Source: Diploschistes diacapsis (Eukaryota). Taken from it: DNA of 41,746 nucleotides. Made by a program: the position numbers and the translations under genes. The notes beneath the pieces were generated by a model. That model was not told the origin of the DNA. It ran no database searches and saw only the letters and a list, made by a program, of their open reading frames with translations. Where the stretch lies: the NCBI GenBank assembly GCA_023645945.1, contig JALAIB010000045.1, positions 1 to 41,746 on the forward strand, in the 5' to 3' direction. Below are positions 11,504 to 22,765 of this stretch, in pieces. How positions within the stretch are numbered: position 1 is the first letter of the stretch; the number at the start of each line of letters is the position of its first letter.

Positions 11504-12677
11504 ATGGGTTTCACCGACTTGTTGAGCGATGCCGGCCTTTCAAGTATGTTGTAATCCTTCAGACCTTCCCAAAGTTATAGATTCGAGAGCCAGAGTCTTC
11601 CGCTTTCAATATCAAAGATGGCTCAAGTGAATCCTGAGCTAACGCTTATTGCAGTGCTTAACGAATGGATGAAGACGCGAAGCTATATCACAGGGTACGT
11701 CTGAATTTGTTGCTTCTTCAAACAATCAATTTCCCTTGGCCCGATTCGCACAACGGCATGTTATGATGAAAATATTTTGGTCCGTGTTGATGAAGTGGCT
11801 TAAGACCCCGCTGAATGACTACTCCAAAGCGCTTTAAGCGTAAATCTGACCCTTCTCATCGAAGCCCTTTCCCTTTCCTCCATGTTTATTGGGAGTTAAA
11901 GCACTGACGAAGTCCAAGCTATGGCCCCTCTCAGGCTGATGTTGTTACCTTCAAAGGCCTTAAAGAGTCTCCACCGGTAGCAAAGTACCCTCATGCCTAC
12001 CGCTGGTACAAGCACATCGCATCCCACCAATCTGAGTTCTCTTCGTTACCGGGTGACCCCTCGAAAGCCTATACCGCCTACGGTCCCGAGGCACATGAAT
12101 TGGCCATCAACCCCAAAGACGCTCCAAATGCTGCTGCGGAGGACGACGAAGATGACTTGTTTGGAAGCGAGGAGGAGGAAGAAGACCCAGAAGCTGTACG
12201 ACAGCGAGAAGAGAACTTGGCGGCATATAAGAAGAAGAAAGAAGGCAAGACAAAGCCTGCGGCTAAGAGTATTGTCACAATGGATGTGAAGCCTTGGGGT
12301 AAGTTGATAGTGGAAGCTTCCACCACACCAAGATTTGCACTAAGATTTGCACTACACGCGTCCGCTGCGTTTGAGTTCAGATTGCTAAAAGGTCTTAGAT
12401 GATGAGACGGATATGAAGGAGCTCGAGGCGAACATGCGCAAGATCGAAATGGATGGCCTAGTCTGGGGTGCCAGCACACTTGTTCCGGTCGGATTCGGCA
12501 TCAAGAAGCTTCAAGTCAACCTTGTCGTGGAGGACGAGAAGGTCTCCGTCGACGAGCTGCAAGCCAAGATCGAGGAAGACGAAGATCACGTTCAGTCAAC
12601 CGATGTGGTAAGTACTATATTTGCTTGCTGTCCATACCAAGCTAATATTTTGACAGGCTGCTATGCAAAAGTTGTAA
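11504..12677 (+). CDS. EFB1: Translation elongation factor 1-beta; exons 11504-11543, 11655-11694, 11919-12298, 12399-12607, 12657-12677
   Basis: [12 protein letters not shown]...RSYITGYGPSQAD, acidic [56 protein letters not shown]. Confidence 0.96.
11763..11849 (+). ncRNA. snR18: Intronic box C/D snoRNA, U18/snR18 orthologue
   Basis: In EF-1beta intron 2 (11695-11918): box C ATGATGA 11763-11769; guide TTGGTCCGTGTT 11777-11788, complementary to the conserved LSU rRNA AACACGGACCAA; D' ATGA 11790-11793; box D CTGA 11846-11849. Yeast snR18 lies in the EFB1 intron. Confidence 0.88.
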
Positions 12678-12830
12678 GGTACGAAGTAGTACATTTTTAG
12701 TTGTGGAAGCGAAAACATGTACGATGTTGATACCATGATGCAAATACCTTGACGATTAAGCACGCTTGAAAAGAGACAGCGTTATCCGTAGGGAAACACT
12801 CAGATTTTCCGAGCTTTGACATGCTCAAGT

Positions 12831-13409
12831 TCAAGCTTTGGAGCTCAGGCTGTTTCCCTTCGCCCACTCTGCGAAGTCCTGCCTCATGCCCTATGTAGCT
12901 GTTAAGATATTGCAATTAGGCATGGTAGTAACAGAACTCACCCGAATATCCAGGAACCCTTTTCGCTTCCCATTCTCCAGCCATTCATAGCCTTCCTCCC
13001 TCATCTTGCCCAAATCATCCGCACCACTCTTCCTCTCGAGCCTCTGCTTCTCAATATTGCCAGCCCAGACGCGCCAATTAATGGGCTTCAGCTCCTCCGC
13101 TCCTATAACAATCGCGACGCAGAGCAGCGCGACCGAAACGAGAGTTTCGATTATAATGTCAAGTGGCAGAGCCGTCAATTGGGTTACCGAGGAGGCTGTC
13201 ACCGCTGGTAAGGCTAAGGATTCGATCGACCCCGGTAAATTCGAGCTTCGTCGGTTGTTCGGTGCAAGGGACGAAAATTCTTGGGCGGAATAGCAGCTGT
13301 AAGAGCTCTGGTCAGCGGATTGTTGGGTCGTAGAGTCGGAGGGAGATACATACGCATGGGCGAGGAGAATGGTGCCTATAATGAGCAGAACGCGGGATGA
13401 AAGAGCCAT
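12831..13409 (-). CDS. EMC5: ER membrane complex subunit 5 / MMgT family protein; exons 13409-13354, 13296-12942, 12890-12831
   Basis: GTILLAHACYSAQE...LPLDIIIETLVSVALLC...LKPINWRVWAG...FLDIR|GMRQDFAEW pattern typical of fungal EMC5. Two GT-AG introns. Confidence 0.82.
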
Positions 13410-13637
13410 TTAGATGGTCAGCAAGCTTTTATGGGCTGGGAAGGCGGCAATATGAATGTTTGCGCCCTTATGATGGCTTTTCTTTAAAGGCTCGTAAATT
13501 GCCCAGTTGGAGAGGCAGCTTTCGGCCGAGTCAACGCCTGTTGTTGAAATGGAACTCCCGATATCAAATATCGGGCCGAGCATCTACCGAGATAAGATTA
13601 CAGTCCTCACGTCACTATTAGCATTGAGTGCTCGCCA

Positions 13638-13650
13638 GAACTTCCTAGAA
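13638..13650 (+). promoter_or_regulatory. Near-consensus heat shock element upstream of HSP78
   Basis: GAActTCCtaGAA has one mismatch to GAAnnTTCnnGAA and lies about 90 nt before ATG 13737. Confidence 0.55.
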
Positions 13651-13736
13651 ACTCGGAGTAGATTCGCTCTGTGAGGCATCGCGTTGTATCTATTTATCTC
13701 TTTCTTTAATTTATTTTTTTTGTTTTCAGGTTTAGA

Positions 13737-16118
13737 ATGTTCGCAGGCACAATGTCATCCTTGATCAGGAGGCAGATTTCTTCTAGAGCGTCTCATTTAC
13801 GAGGATCCTTGATTTCACCTTGCTACTCCACTGTTTCAAGAAGCCCGCCAATATTCCCACGATACGGTAACGCTTTTTTAATAAAACTTCCCAAGAGAAG
13901 TTATGCAAATGGGCGCCCACATCCTCCTGGTGGCACTCACCGCATGAATCTAGGTGGCGAACCAGAGAAGCCTGCCCTAGAGCAATACGGTGTCGATCTA
14001 ACCGCAAGGGCAAAGGACGGTAAGCTTGACCCGGTCATCGGTAGGGACGCCGAGATTCAGCGCACCATCCAAATTTTGTCTCGGAGGACGAAGAATAACC
14101 CGGTGCTCATTGGTGCTGCTGGAACTGGAAAAACGGCGATTCTAGAAGGGCTTGCGCAGAGAATTATCCGTGGAGATGTTCCTGAAAGTATCAAAGGCAA
14201 GCGGGTCATCTCGCTTGACCTAGGGTCGCTTATTGCTGGTGCTAAGTTCAGAGGTGATTTCGAGGAGAGATTAAAAAAGGTATTAAAGGAAGTTGAGGAT
14301 GCGCATGGTGGGGTCATTCTTTTTGTCGATGAGCTTCACACGCTACTGGGTCTCGGTAAAGCAGAAGGAAGCATTGATGCAAGTAACTTGCTCAAGCCTG
14401 CGCTATCTCGAGGAGAGCTGCAGTGCTGCGGTGCTACGACTTTGAATGAGTACCGCCAAATCGAAAAGGACGTCGCCCTTGCGAGACGATTTCAACCTAT
14501 CCAGGTCGGCGAGCCATCCGTACAGGATACAATCTCGATATTGCGCGGTATTAAGGATCGGTATGAGGTACACCATGGTGTCCGTATTACAGACGGAGCG
14601 CTTGTCGCAGCTGCGACATACAGCAACAGATACATAACGGATCGATTTCTACCGGACAAGGCTATTGATCTTGTTGACGAAGCAGCTTCAGCGTTGCGTT
14701 TGCAGCAAGAAAGCAAGCCGGACGCGATACAGGAGCTTGATCGCCAGATTATGACGATTCAGATAGAGCTTGAATCTCTACGCAAGGAGACAGATATCGC
14801 AAGTAAAGAGCGGCGTGAAAAGCTGGAGTCATCCTTGAAAGCCAAACATGAAGAGATCTCAGAGTTAAACGAGGTCTGGGAGAAGGAGAAAGCTGAGATT
14901 GAATCAGTGAAGAAGATTAAGGAAGAGCTGGAAAAGGCGCGAGTTGAGCTCGAGCAAGCTCAGAGAGGAGGCGATTTTGGTCGCGCCGGAGAGCTTCGGT
15001 ATGCGGTGATTCCGAAGCTTCAGGAAAAATTGCCTGCCGAAGGCGCAGAGGCCTCCTCCACTAAAGATGGCTCAAACTTGATTCATGATTCGGTTACTGC
15101 TGACGACATCGCCAATGTTGTTTCGCGCACTACAGGCATCCCCGTTACCAAATTGATGGCTGGCGAAGTCGAGAAACTTATCAACATGGAAGATACGCTA
15201 CGACAATCAGTACGAGGTCAGGATGAAGCACTATCAGCTGTCGCGAACGCCGTGCGACAACAGCGCGCCGGCCTTAGCGGTGAGAACAGGCCCCTGGCAT
15301 CTTTCTTTTTCCTTGGCCCCACCGGTGTCGGTAAAACTGAGCTTTGCAAGAAGATGGCGGGTTTCCTCTTCTCTACCGAAAGTGCCGTTGTACGGTTTGA
15401 TATGAGCGAATTCCAGGAGAAACACACAATTTCGCGCCTCATCGGTTCTCCGGCTGGCTACGTAGGATACGATGACGCAGGCCAGCTGACAGAAGCTGTT
15501 CGACGAAAGCCATACGCTGTCCTACTCTTTGACGAGTTCGAGAAAGCGCATCGCGATATCTCGGCACTATTACTTCAAGTCCTTGACGACGGCTTCTTGA
15601 CCGATGCGCAAGGGCATAAGGTCGATTTCCGAAACACGATAATTGTGCTGACGAGTAACCTTGGCTCGGCGGACATCCTTGCTGGTGCCGAAGCGAACCA
15701 GAGAGGTGATAACTCCATCTCGCCTGAGACCAAGAAGGCAGTGATGGAGATTGTTCAAGGCGCTTACCCACCCGAATTTTTGAATCGCATAGACGAGTTC
15801 ATCGTCTTCCAGCGCCTGTCGCGCGACGCGCTACGTGGTATTGTCGACATCCGACTCAAGGAGCTACAGGCCCGGCTGAATGACAGGCGGATCACGCTCG
15901 ATGTGGACGAGGACGTAAAGGAGTATCTCTGCGAGAAGGGTTATGATCCTAGATATGGCGCGAGACCGCTCAACAGGCTCATCTCGAAAGAGATTGGGAA
16001 CATGTTGGCGGACAAGATCATCAGAGGCGAGATCCGAGGCGGCAGCGTTGCGCATGTTACAAGGAGCACTGGAGGCGATTCATTGCTTGTTGAGGCAAAG
16101 GAGAATGTACGGATATGA
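13737..16118 (+). CDS. HSP78: Mitochondrial ClpB-family disaggregase Hsp78
   Basis: Presequence with no Clp N-domain, two AAA+ modules (GAAGTGKT / [13 protein letters not shown] / [10 protein letters not shown]), GAKFRG and GYVG pore loops, coiled-coil M domain, YGARPL. Start may be 13737 or 13752. Confidence 0.96.
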   Translation: MFAGTMSSLIRRQISSRASHLRGSLISPCYSTVSRSPPIFPRYGNAFLIKLPKRSYANGRPHPPGGTHRMNLGGEPEKPALEQYGVDLTARAKDGKLDPVIGRDAEIQRTIQILSRRTKNNPVLIGAAGTGKTAILEGLAQRIIRGDVPESIKGKRVISLDLGSLIAGAKFRGDFEERLKKVLKEVEDAHGGVILFVDELHTLLGLGKAEGSIDASNLLKPALSRGELQCCGATTLNEYRQIEKDVALARRFQPIQVGEPSVQDTISILRGIKDRYEVHHGVRITDGALVAAATYSNRYITDRFLPDKAIDLVDEAASALRLQQESKPDAIQELDRQIMTIQIELESLRKETDIASKERREKLESSLKAKHEEISELNEVWEKEKAEIESVKKIKEELEKARVELEQAQRGGDFGRAGELRYAVIPKLQEKLPAEGAEASSTKDGSNLIHDSVTADDIANVVSRTTGIPVTKLMAGEVEKLINMEDTLRQSVRGQDEALSAVANAVRQQRAGLSGENRPLASFFFLGPTGVGKTELCKKMAGFLFSTESAVVRFDMSEFQEKHTISRLIGSPAGYVGYDDAGQLTEAVRRKPYAVLLFDEFEKAHRDISALLLQVLDDGFLTDAQGHKVDFRNTIIVLTSNLGSADILAGAEANQRGDNSISPETKKAVMEIVQGAYPPEFLNRIDEFIVFQRLSRDALRGIVDIRLKELQARLNDRRITLDVDEDVKEYLCEKGYDPRYGARPLNRLISKEIGNMLADKIIRGEIRGGSVAHVTRSTGGDSLLVEAKENVRI

Positions 16119-17368
16119 GAGTGGAGGCATAATATCTGGCGCGATTTGACTTCAGCGGCATAGTGATGGCGTTAGGGAAATAGTATAGAAGATACCACTC
16201 TACTGCATAGGTATACATAACTGATCTCCACAATTCCACATAGGCTTATGTCCGTTGCGTATGGATACATAATCAAGAGTTCGTCATTTGACCTTATGGT
16301 CGGATCGGAGGTTCAATAAGTTGGTATTATTCACCAAATAGGTACCTTCCAACAACTGTTCGAGACTACGCAGACTACGTCTTCTGCTCCACAGGATTTT
16401 CCCGACCCAGGGGAAGATGGAGAAAATTTTATGTCTTTGCTCATATTCATATGACACATTTAAGGACTCGCGTCAGCATGTCCTTGGAGATATCAAGGCA
16501 TTGATGATCGTATGGCCGCGGTTATAGACTCGTGAACATGTTTCTGCCTCTTGTTGGAAGTGTGAGTTATGAGTCTTCTTATGTACGGCTTTGAATTTTC
16601 AAAACAGCCATTTGATTCAAACCCTCTAGGACAAAGAAACTGCGGAGGATTACAATCGGTTCTGTTTCGCCATTGCGGTGCTTGGTTGAAAATCTGTCCT
16701 GCTGGCGGTTAAGCCGACCGTACGGTCTGCTACCTCACGTTAAGTTTGCAACACTCCAGGGTGTCATCCTTTCTAATTAACTAATGCATTTACATGCTTT
16801 TTCTCAAAGTTACCTTGAGGGTGTATGAAGAGAATGGCAAACGTTGGCTCGTGGAAAAGGCTCGTTCGCAATGACTCCCTTATCTACAACTTGTTTTTCG
16901 CTCGGTAGCCAGCTTCCTAGTTGGAATGTACATCTAAAACCTCATCCTTTGCTTTCATATCCTCGCTAGGCCGAGGTCGTTGCTGGTCGCGGCAGCCTCG
17001 GGAGTGGCGTTGTCCGTGTTTCTTCAACTCGCGCTCGGGTATCATCAAGGATGCAGATCATATCCTATCTTGAAATTCTAGGCCATTATTGGTCAAGATG
17101 CCTTTTTACGTAATTCCCGTATTTGGCTCTACTACTCTAGTGTTAAATAACCACAGCCTGCAAAGCAGTCGAGACAGCAGACAACCAACAGCTAGCTAGC
17201 TTCTGGCTATGAGCATCCGGGTGCCGATTGGATACACAGAAGTTAAGCTCGCAATTGACGCCTACATCGACCTTGCGGTCGATTAGGTCTACCCGATAGA
17301 CGACTTCAGCGAGCCCACGGCGGGCAAGGCTTGCAAAGCTTTGCACTACTTCAACCCATCGATTAGCA

Positions 17369-20300
17369 ATGACCTCACGGAAGTCCTTAAAAAGCCAAGA
17401 CGAGTATACGGTGGGATGGATTGCTGCACTCCCAATCGAACGAGCGGCAGCGACGGCAATGCTCGACGAGCGACATGCTGCACCGCTTGACTTTGAACAG
17501 TCTTCTATCGACACGAATTCCTACACTTGGGGTCGTGTGAATGAGCACAATGTGGTTATTGCATCGCTAGCGGCTGGAGTGTACGGTACAACAAATGCAA
17601 CAACAACAGCTTTGGGAATGCTGTCTTCGATACATTCTATCAAGTTCGGCCTCCGTGTTGGCATTGGAGCTGGTTTCCCGAATGATCAGCAAGACATTCG
17701 GCTTGGAGATGTTGCGGTTGCTCAGGCCAGTGGCACCAGTGGAGGAGTAGTCCAGTATGACCTTGGAAAAGCAAGACCTGGAGGACAATGGGAGCGCAGA
17801 GATTTCTTGGCTAGACCGCCTGAAGTACTTCTCAAGGCGTTAGGAAACCTGCAGGCTGAACACGAGCTTTCCCAATCTCGCATCACCGAGTTTCTTGAAG
17901 ACGCAGTCGAGCGTAATCCCAAGTTCAAGTCAGCTTGTACTTATCCAGGTTTTGAAAGCGATCGGCTCTTCGAACTCACATACGATCATGTTGAAAGCAA
18001 AGCGGACAGTTGTGGTCAATGTGACTCTGCTAAAGAGATTAAGCGGTCAATGCGAGAGTCAAATGAGCCTGACATCCATTACGGAATCATCGCGTCTGGC
18101 AACAAATTGGTGAAAGATGCGATTGCTCGGGAGAAAATAATCGCAGATATAGGACACCAATGTATTTGTTTCGAAATGGAAGCGGCTGGCCTCATGAACG
18201 ACTTTCCCTGCCTCGTCATCCGGGGCATAGCTAATTATGCAGATTCACATAAGAATGACAATTGGCAGCGCTATGCTTCTGCGACTGCAGCTGCATTCGC
18301 CAAGGAACTTCTCAATTATGTTTCTTGTGCTGATGTTCGTACGGCTAAAAAGGATCGTGATCTCCTGGCCGGTACCAATACAAATGTCGGACAAATTAGG
18401 AAGGTCATGAACCAAACCCACCAGAGCCAACGAAAGCAAAAGGTATCCGGATTCCTTCAAGCTCTCTACACCTGCCCATATGCTGAGCGTAAGGATAGGA
18501 ATAGTAAGCGCGTGGAAGGGCACTTGTAACTGGTTCACCCAGCACCCGTTGTTTCGCAACTGGTTTGGCAGCAATCTGTCGAGTCTTCTTTGGGTGTCTG
18601 CAGATCCAGGGTGCGGGAAGTCAGTGCTGGCACGGTATCTGATCGACGAGGTTCTTCCAGTGCTGATAGAACAATCTGCTATTTCTTCTTCAAAGATGAT
18701 ATTCCGGATCAGCGGAGTTCTGCGAACGCTATATGTGCTCTACTTCGTCAGATCTCTCTACAAAAACCATATCTTCTGCAAGATTCAATCATTAGCAAAT
18801 TTGATGCAGATGGAGATAAGTTCGTTAAGTCGTTTTCGGATCTATGGAATGCCTTTATATCTATCACAGGTGATCAAAATATTGGAGAGATTCTCTGTAT
18901 TCTGGATGCTTTGGATGAATGTCAAGACAGAGATCGAGATCGGTTTATTCAGGCAATGAGAAAACTGGGCTTTATGGAGCCAAATAGATCAAAAGTGAAG
19001 TTTTTGTCAACGAGTAGGCCATACGATGACATAAGACGTGGATTTCGAAGAGTGAAAAATCACCTACCTATAATTCACTTGGGTGGTGAAGATGAGGATG
19101 AAGTGAAGAAAATTTCTCAAGAAATCAATCTCGTGATTCAGCATAGGGTTCATCAGATAGGTATAGAAAAAGATCTGCAACCAGATGAATGCACTTTCGT
19201 AGAGGAGCAACTAACTTCAATACCTCAACGAACGTACCTATGGGTCTGTCTCACTTTGGACGTCATCCAAAAAACGCCAGGCTTTACCAGGGGTGGTGTC
19301 CGTAACGCAGTTGGTCAAATACCCGAGACCCTTGACGAAGCATACGAGAGAATTCTAGAAAGAAGTGCGGATAAGAACAAGGCCAGAAAAGTTTTGCACA
19401 TCATCACTGCCGCAGTATCGCCGCTGTCCATTGGTCAAATGTCGGTTGCTTTAGCAGTTCGCGAGAATCACAGATCATTTGAAGACCTCCAAGAAGAACT
19501 GGAACCCTTGGCGCGATTTCAGAACACTATTAGAGATCTGTGTGGCCTTTTTATCATTATCGTAGACTCGAAAATCTATTTCCTTCATCAGACTGCAAAG
19601 GACTTCTTGGTCTCGACTGAAACAACACCATTTCTACAAGAACCTCCCCTGCGACAACATGACCGTCGTTCATCTCAGCGGGGAGACGCTACATTGTTTT
19701 TGAAATGGAAGCACTCACTGCAACCGAAAAGCTCACATAGGGTGCTTGCGAAAAGCTGCATTTGGTTTCTCAAGCTCATTACATCCGGACGTCCCCTGAG
19801 AAGATTCATGAGGTATTCAGCAATGAACTGGGCAACTCATTTCCGTGAAGCTGGTATCAATAGCACGGAAACCATGACACAAATTGCCCTGAAGATCTGC
19901 AATCCGGACTCGGAGGAATATCAGATCTGGTTTAAACTTCAAGAAGACCCTTTCAACTGTTTGTCCCTTAGTATAAACTCCCTGTTTGTAGCTTCTTGCC
20001 TTGGCATTGAAGCACTAGTAGAACTATTGTTGGAAAAGGGAGCCGACATTGAGGCGGCGGATCCTCAGGGGCGCACACCGCTATGGATGGCAGTATGCAG
20101 TGGGCACGAAGAAATAACAAGACTGTTGCTGAAAAAAGGAGCTAAAATTGACGTGAGATGTGAAGGGGAAACCCTCTTGTCTGAGGCAATACTATCCAGA
20201 AACGAAACAGCAATTAGACTGCTATTAGAAAGAGGAGCTAAGCTCGATATGAGAAGTTCACTGTTTTTGGCTGCCAGTGTCGGAAATATAATGATAGCTA

Positions 20301-20917
20301 GGATACTGCTAAAAATGGGAGCCGAGATTGATAGGAAGAATGACGAAGGAGATACACCACTAGCGTTGGCAGCACTGAGTGGGGAAGTAGAAATGATTAG
20401 AATGTTACTGGAAAAGGGAGCCGAGGTTGATACGAAAAATAACAGCGGGAAAACAGCGTTACTTTATGCAGCAAGGAACGGGGACGAGATAGTAGCTAGA
20501 ATGTTGCTGGAAAAGGGAGCCGATGTTGATGCGAAAGATAACAACGGGGAAACAGCGTTGTTTTATGCAGCAGAGAACGGGGAAGAGATAGTAGCTAAAC
20601 TGTTGCTGGAAGTGGGAGCCGAGGTTGATGCGAAAGATAATAACGGGGAAACAGCGTTGTTTTGTGTAGCAAAGAACGGGAAAGAGATAGTTGCTAGAAT
20701 GTTGCTGAAACTGGGAACCGGGTTTGATACGACACCTTTGTATTCGGCAATAATGTATGAACGAGAAGCGGTTGTCAAGCTGTTATTAAGAAAGGGCGCC
20801 AATGTTAATGCAAGAAACAATAACGGGGAATCACCGCTATCCATGGCAGCAAGCCTTGCGGACGACAAAATAGCCAGACTGCTCAAGGACTGGAATCCTA
20901 GGAAGAGATTCAGCTGA
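17369..20917 (+). pseudogene. Fungal NLR-like gene (PNP_UDP_1 - NACHT - ankyrin repeats) disrupted by two indels
   Basis: PNP_UDP motifs (YTVGWIAALPIE, DIRLGDV, HYGIIASGN, FEMEAAGL) in 17369-18529. GTCNWF...LLWVSADPGCGKS (Walker A) occurs only in another frame (~18519-18658). CYFFFKDD, ILDALDEC (Walker B), FLHQTAKDFL and multiple ankyrin repeats follow back in the first frame to 20917. Confidence 0.88.
20414..20710 (+). repeat. Three highly similar 99-bp ankyrin repeat units
   Basis: Units start at 20414, 20513 and 20612: KGAEVDTKNNSGKTALLYAARNGDEIVARMLLE / KGADVDAKDNNGETALFYAAENGEEIVAKLLLE / VGAEVDAKDNNGETALFCVAKNGKEIVARMLLK, near-identical in DNA. Confidence 0.9.
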
Positions 20918-21329
20918 TCAGGAGATTGCGAAAGCCTTTTCTGCTGGAAAGCAAGGCGTCAAGAATGATCGAAAGCCTATTCTAAAACAATCCTCGTCCA
21001 ATTTCCGCTGGGCACTGTTCCGCTGAAATATTCGGTCGACGAACTTTCTTGGTGAAGAAGACAGGGACTTTAATCGGTTTCGGTGTTTAATTTAGTCTCT
21101 GACTCCGGACTTTCAGTGACTATTCAATCTCAAATAACTCATTGTGTTAAACAAGGGATAAGGCAGTCACAAGAGGATAGCGGCGGAGGATAATACAGGA
21201 GAAGGGTGGAAGAAGCAAGAAGCTTTGGAGGGAAAGGGTTATATTAGGGTTGTCTCTATATTGGTTCTTGATATAGGAGAGTGAGATTGAACGGGAATTG
21301 TGGTAAAAATAGGAATCTCTAAAAATGAT

Positions 21330-22442
21330 CAGAGAGAATTTTATTCCAGCTTCTTTCCGAAATACAAATAAAGACGGTTTACAGGAAGGTAGAAAGATAA
21401 ATGTAGTTCAAACGACGAAAAATCATCTGAATCATATTCTTATTGGAGTTCGATTACGCCAAACTCGTCTAAACCAGTTCAAGAATAAAAGAAAAATTTT
21501 ATGCTGGTGCATTTCATCTGATATGCGGCCTTCAATCAACAACATCTCTCGCCAGAAATGCATTCACACAATAGAAGGAGGCATCAACCTCAAAGTTGCG
21601 ACCAGATCTGCTGCAAAAGCCGGCCCCTGTCATCGTGAAATATAACTACGCTGGACGTCTCGAGATTTTTACAATCAATCAAAACAGCCTTCTCCATAAG
21701 CTCGGGCGGCACAAAGTCTCGACTGTCCCGATTCGCTGCAGCAACAAAGATCTTGCTGCTGGGCTTTATCCTGTAGCGCTTGTTCGGCCTCGGGGTGAAC
21801 AGAAACTATGACCCGACCTCGTTGATCAGCTCGACAGATACCGCTGGGCAAATGACGAAGCGACCTACGTTGGTAGTCTGCTTTGGCGTATCATTTATTA
21901 ATATTGGCCGACTCCTAAATCAGACCGGAAGAATAGGGGGGAGGGCCAGGGCAGTTTGCAACGATACGAGCCAATGACCGTACACCCAACAGCCACTTGT
22001 AGAGTAAAACCAGTGGTAATTTCCAAGCAGAAGCCACCTTTTTCGCTGAGTAATGGGGCAGATGGCTCTTCAGCCCACGAGGTGAATATTAAGAAAATAG
22101 CCAGATGGCAGTCTTAGAAGCAGAATTCCAGAAGCCCTTTCCACATGAGAGGCCTTGAATCCCTATATGTATATTTTCGAGAGATATTGTTTACTAGGTT
22201 ATCAAGAAAGGGGATCGGTGGGTATGAACGCGTAAATGTCTCGGGTAAGTAATTTACAGAGGCGGCGGAGGCCTCCGAACTCATGCTGTCCCACTGCTTC
22301 ATCATGTTGTGTATAATCTTTCTTATACTTGTTCTGAGTATACTGTGGGCACTCCGACTTCGGAACAATATCGTTGCTCAGAGCTTGAATTTACCAAGAG
22401 GGATAGGTGATGAGTTCGGTGAGGGAGAGAGAATAGAGACAT
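21330..22442 (-). pseudogene. Degraded gene, possibly with an F-box-like N-terminus
   Basis: MSLFSLP then, after a frameshift, TELITY...GLRRLCKLL, followed by long protein-like frames broken by stops. The 3' boundary is approximate. Confidence 0.3.
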
Positions 22443-22765
22443 TATATAAAACTGGGTTAAAGAGAATGTGTGGAAGAAAAGGAACAGTGGTAAGAGTGAA
22501 AAAAGGTAATAGAGGCAGGTTGTCATCCGTGGCTGCATGATACATAGTCAAGAAGTCTTAAAGGCAGAGGAAGGAGGAGCGAGAGATGACGAGGATTAAC
22601 AATGATGAAAAGTCGTCCGCTAGCTTAAAGGAGTGACTTATAAACAAACGGGACTACTTCTATCGGCTCTTGTAAGACACAAAGAAACATGCCTGCGAGT
22701 TTTAAATGCGAGGTTACGGCTTCTATACCCTATCGTAAGCTTGGTATCAATAAGTAAAATACCTA

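Noticed and set aside
12310..12353. 14-bp palindrome and 12-bp tandem duplication in EF-1beta intron 3
   Set aside because: No C/D or H/ACA boxes; consistent with local slippage.
13297..13353. Stop-free 57-nt in-frame intron in EMC5
   Set aside because: Short 3n introns without stops arise often by chance, and it interrupts the conserved HACYSA motif, so retention is unlikely to be functional.
13783..16149. Small antisense or overlapping ORFs within HSP78 (likewise within SEC26, MFS and 9937-11226)
   Set aside because: Codon-bias shadows of real genes with no independent motifs.
16200..17368. Search for an amyloid-signalling partner (HeLo/HELL, gasdermin) or a Starship captain next to the NLR
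   Set aside because: No such ORF or motif was recognisable on either strand. The NLR carries its own effector domain.
18527..18529. Stop-codon readthrough or A-to-I editing of the NLR TAA
   Set aside because: Recoding the stop would not restore the P-loop, which is in another frame.
18504..18542. GTAAGC...CCCAG as an intron rescuing the NLR
   Set aside because: At 39 nt it is shorter than any intron modelled here. It is a multiple of three, so it would remove the stop but leave Walker A out of frame, and it would delete conserved coding sequence.
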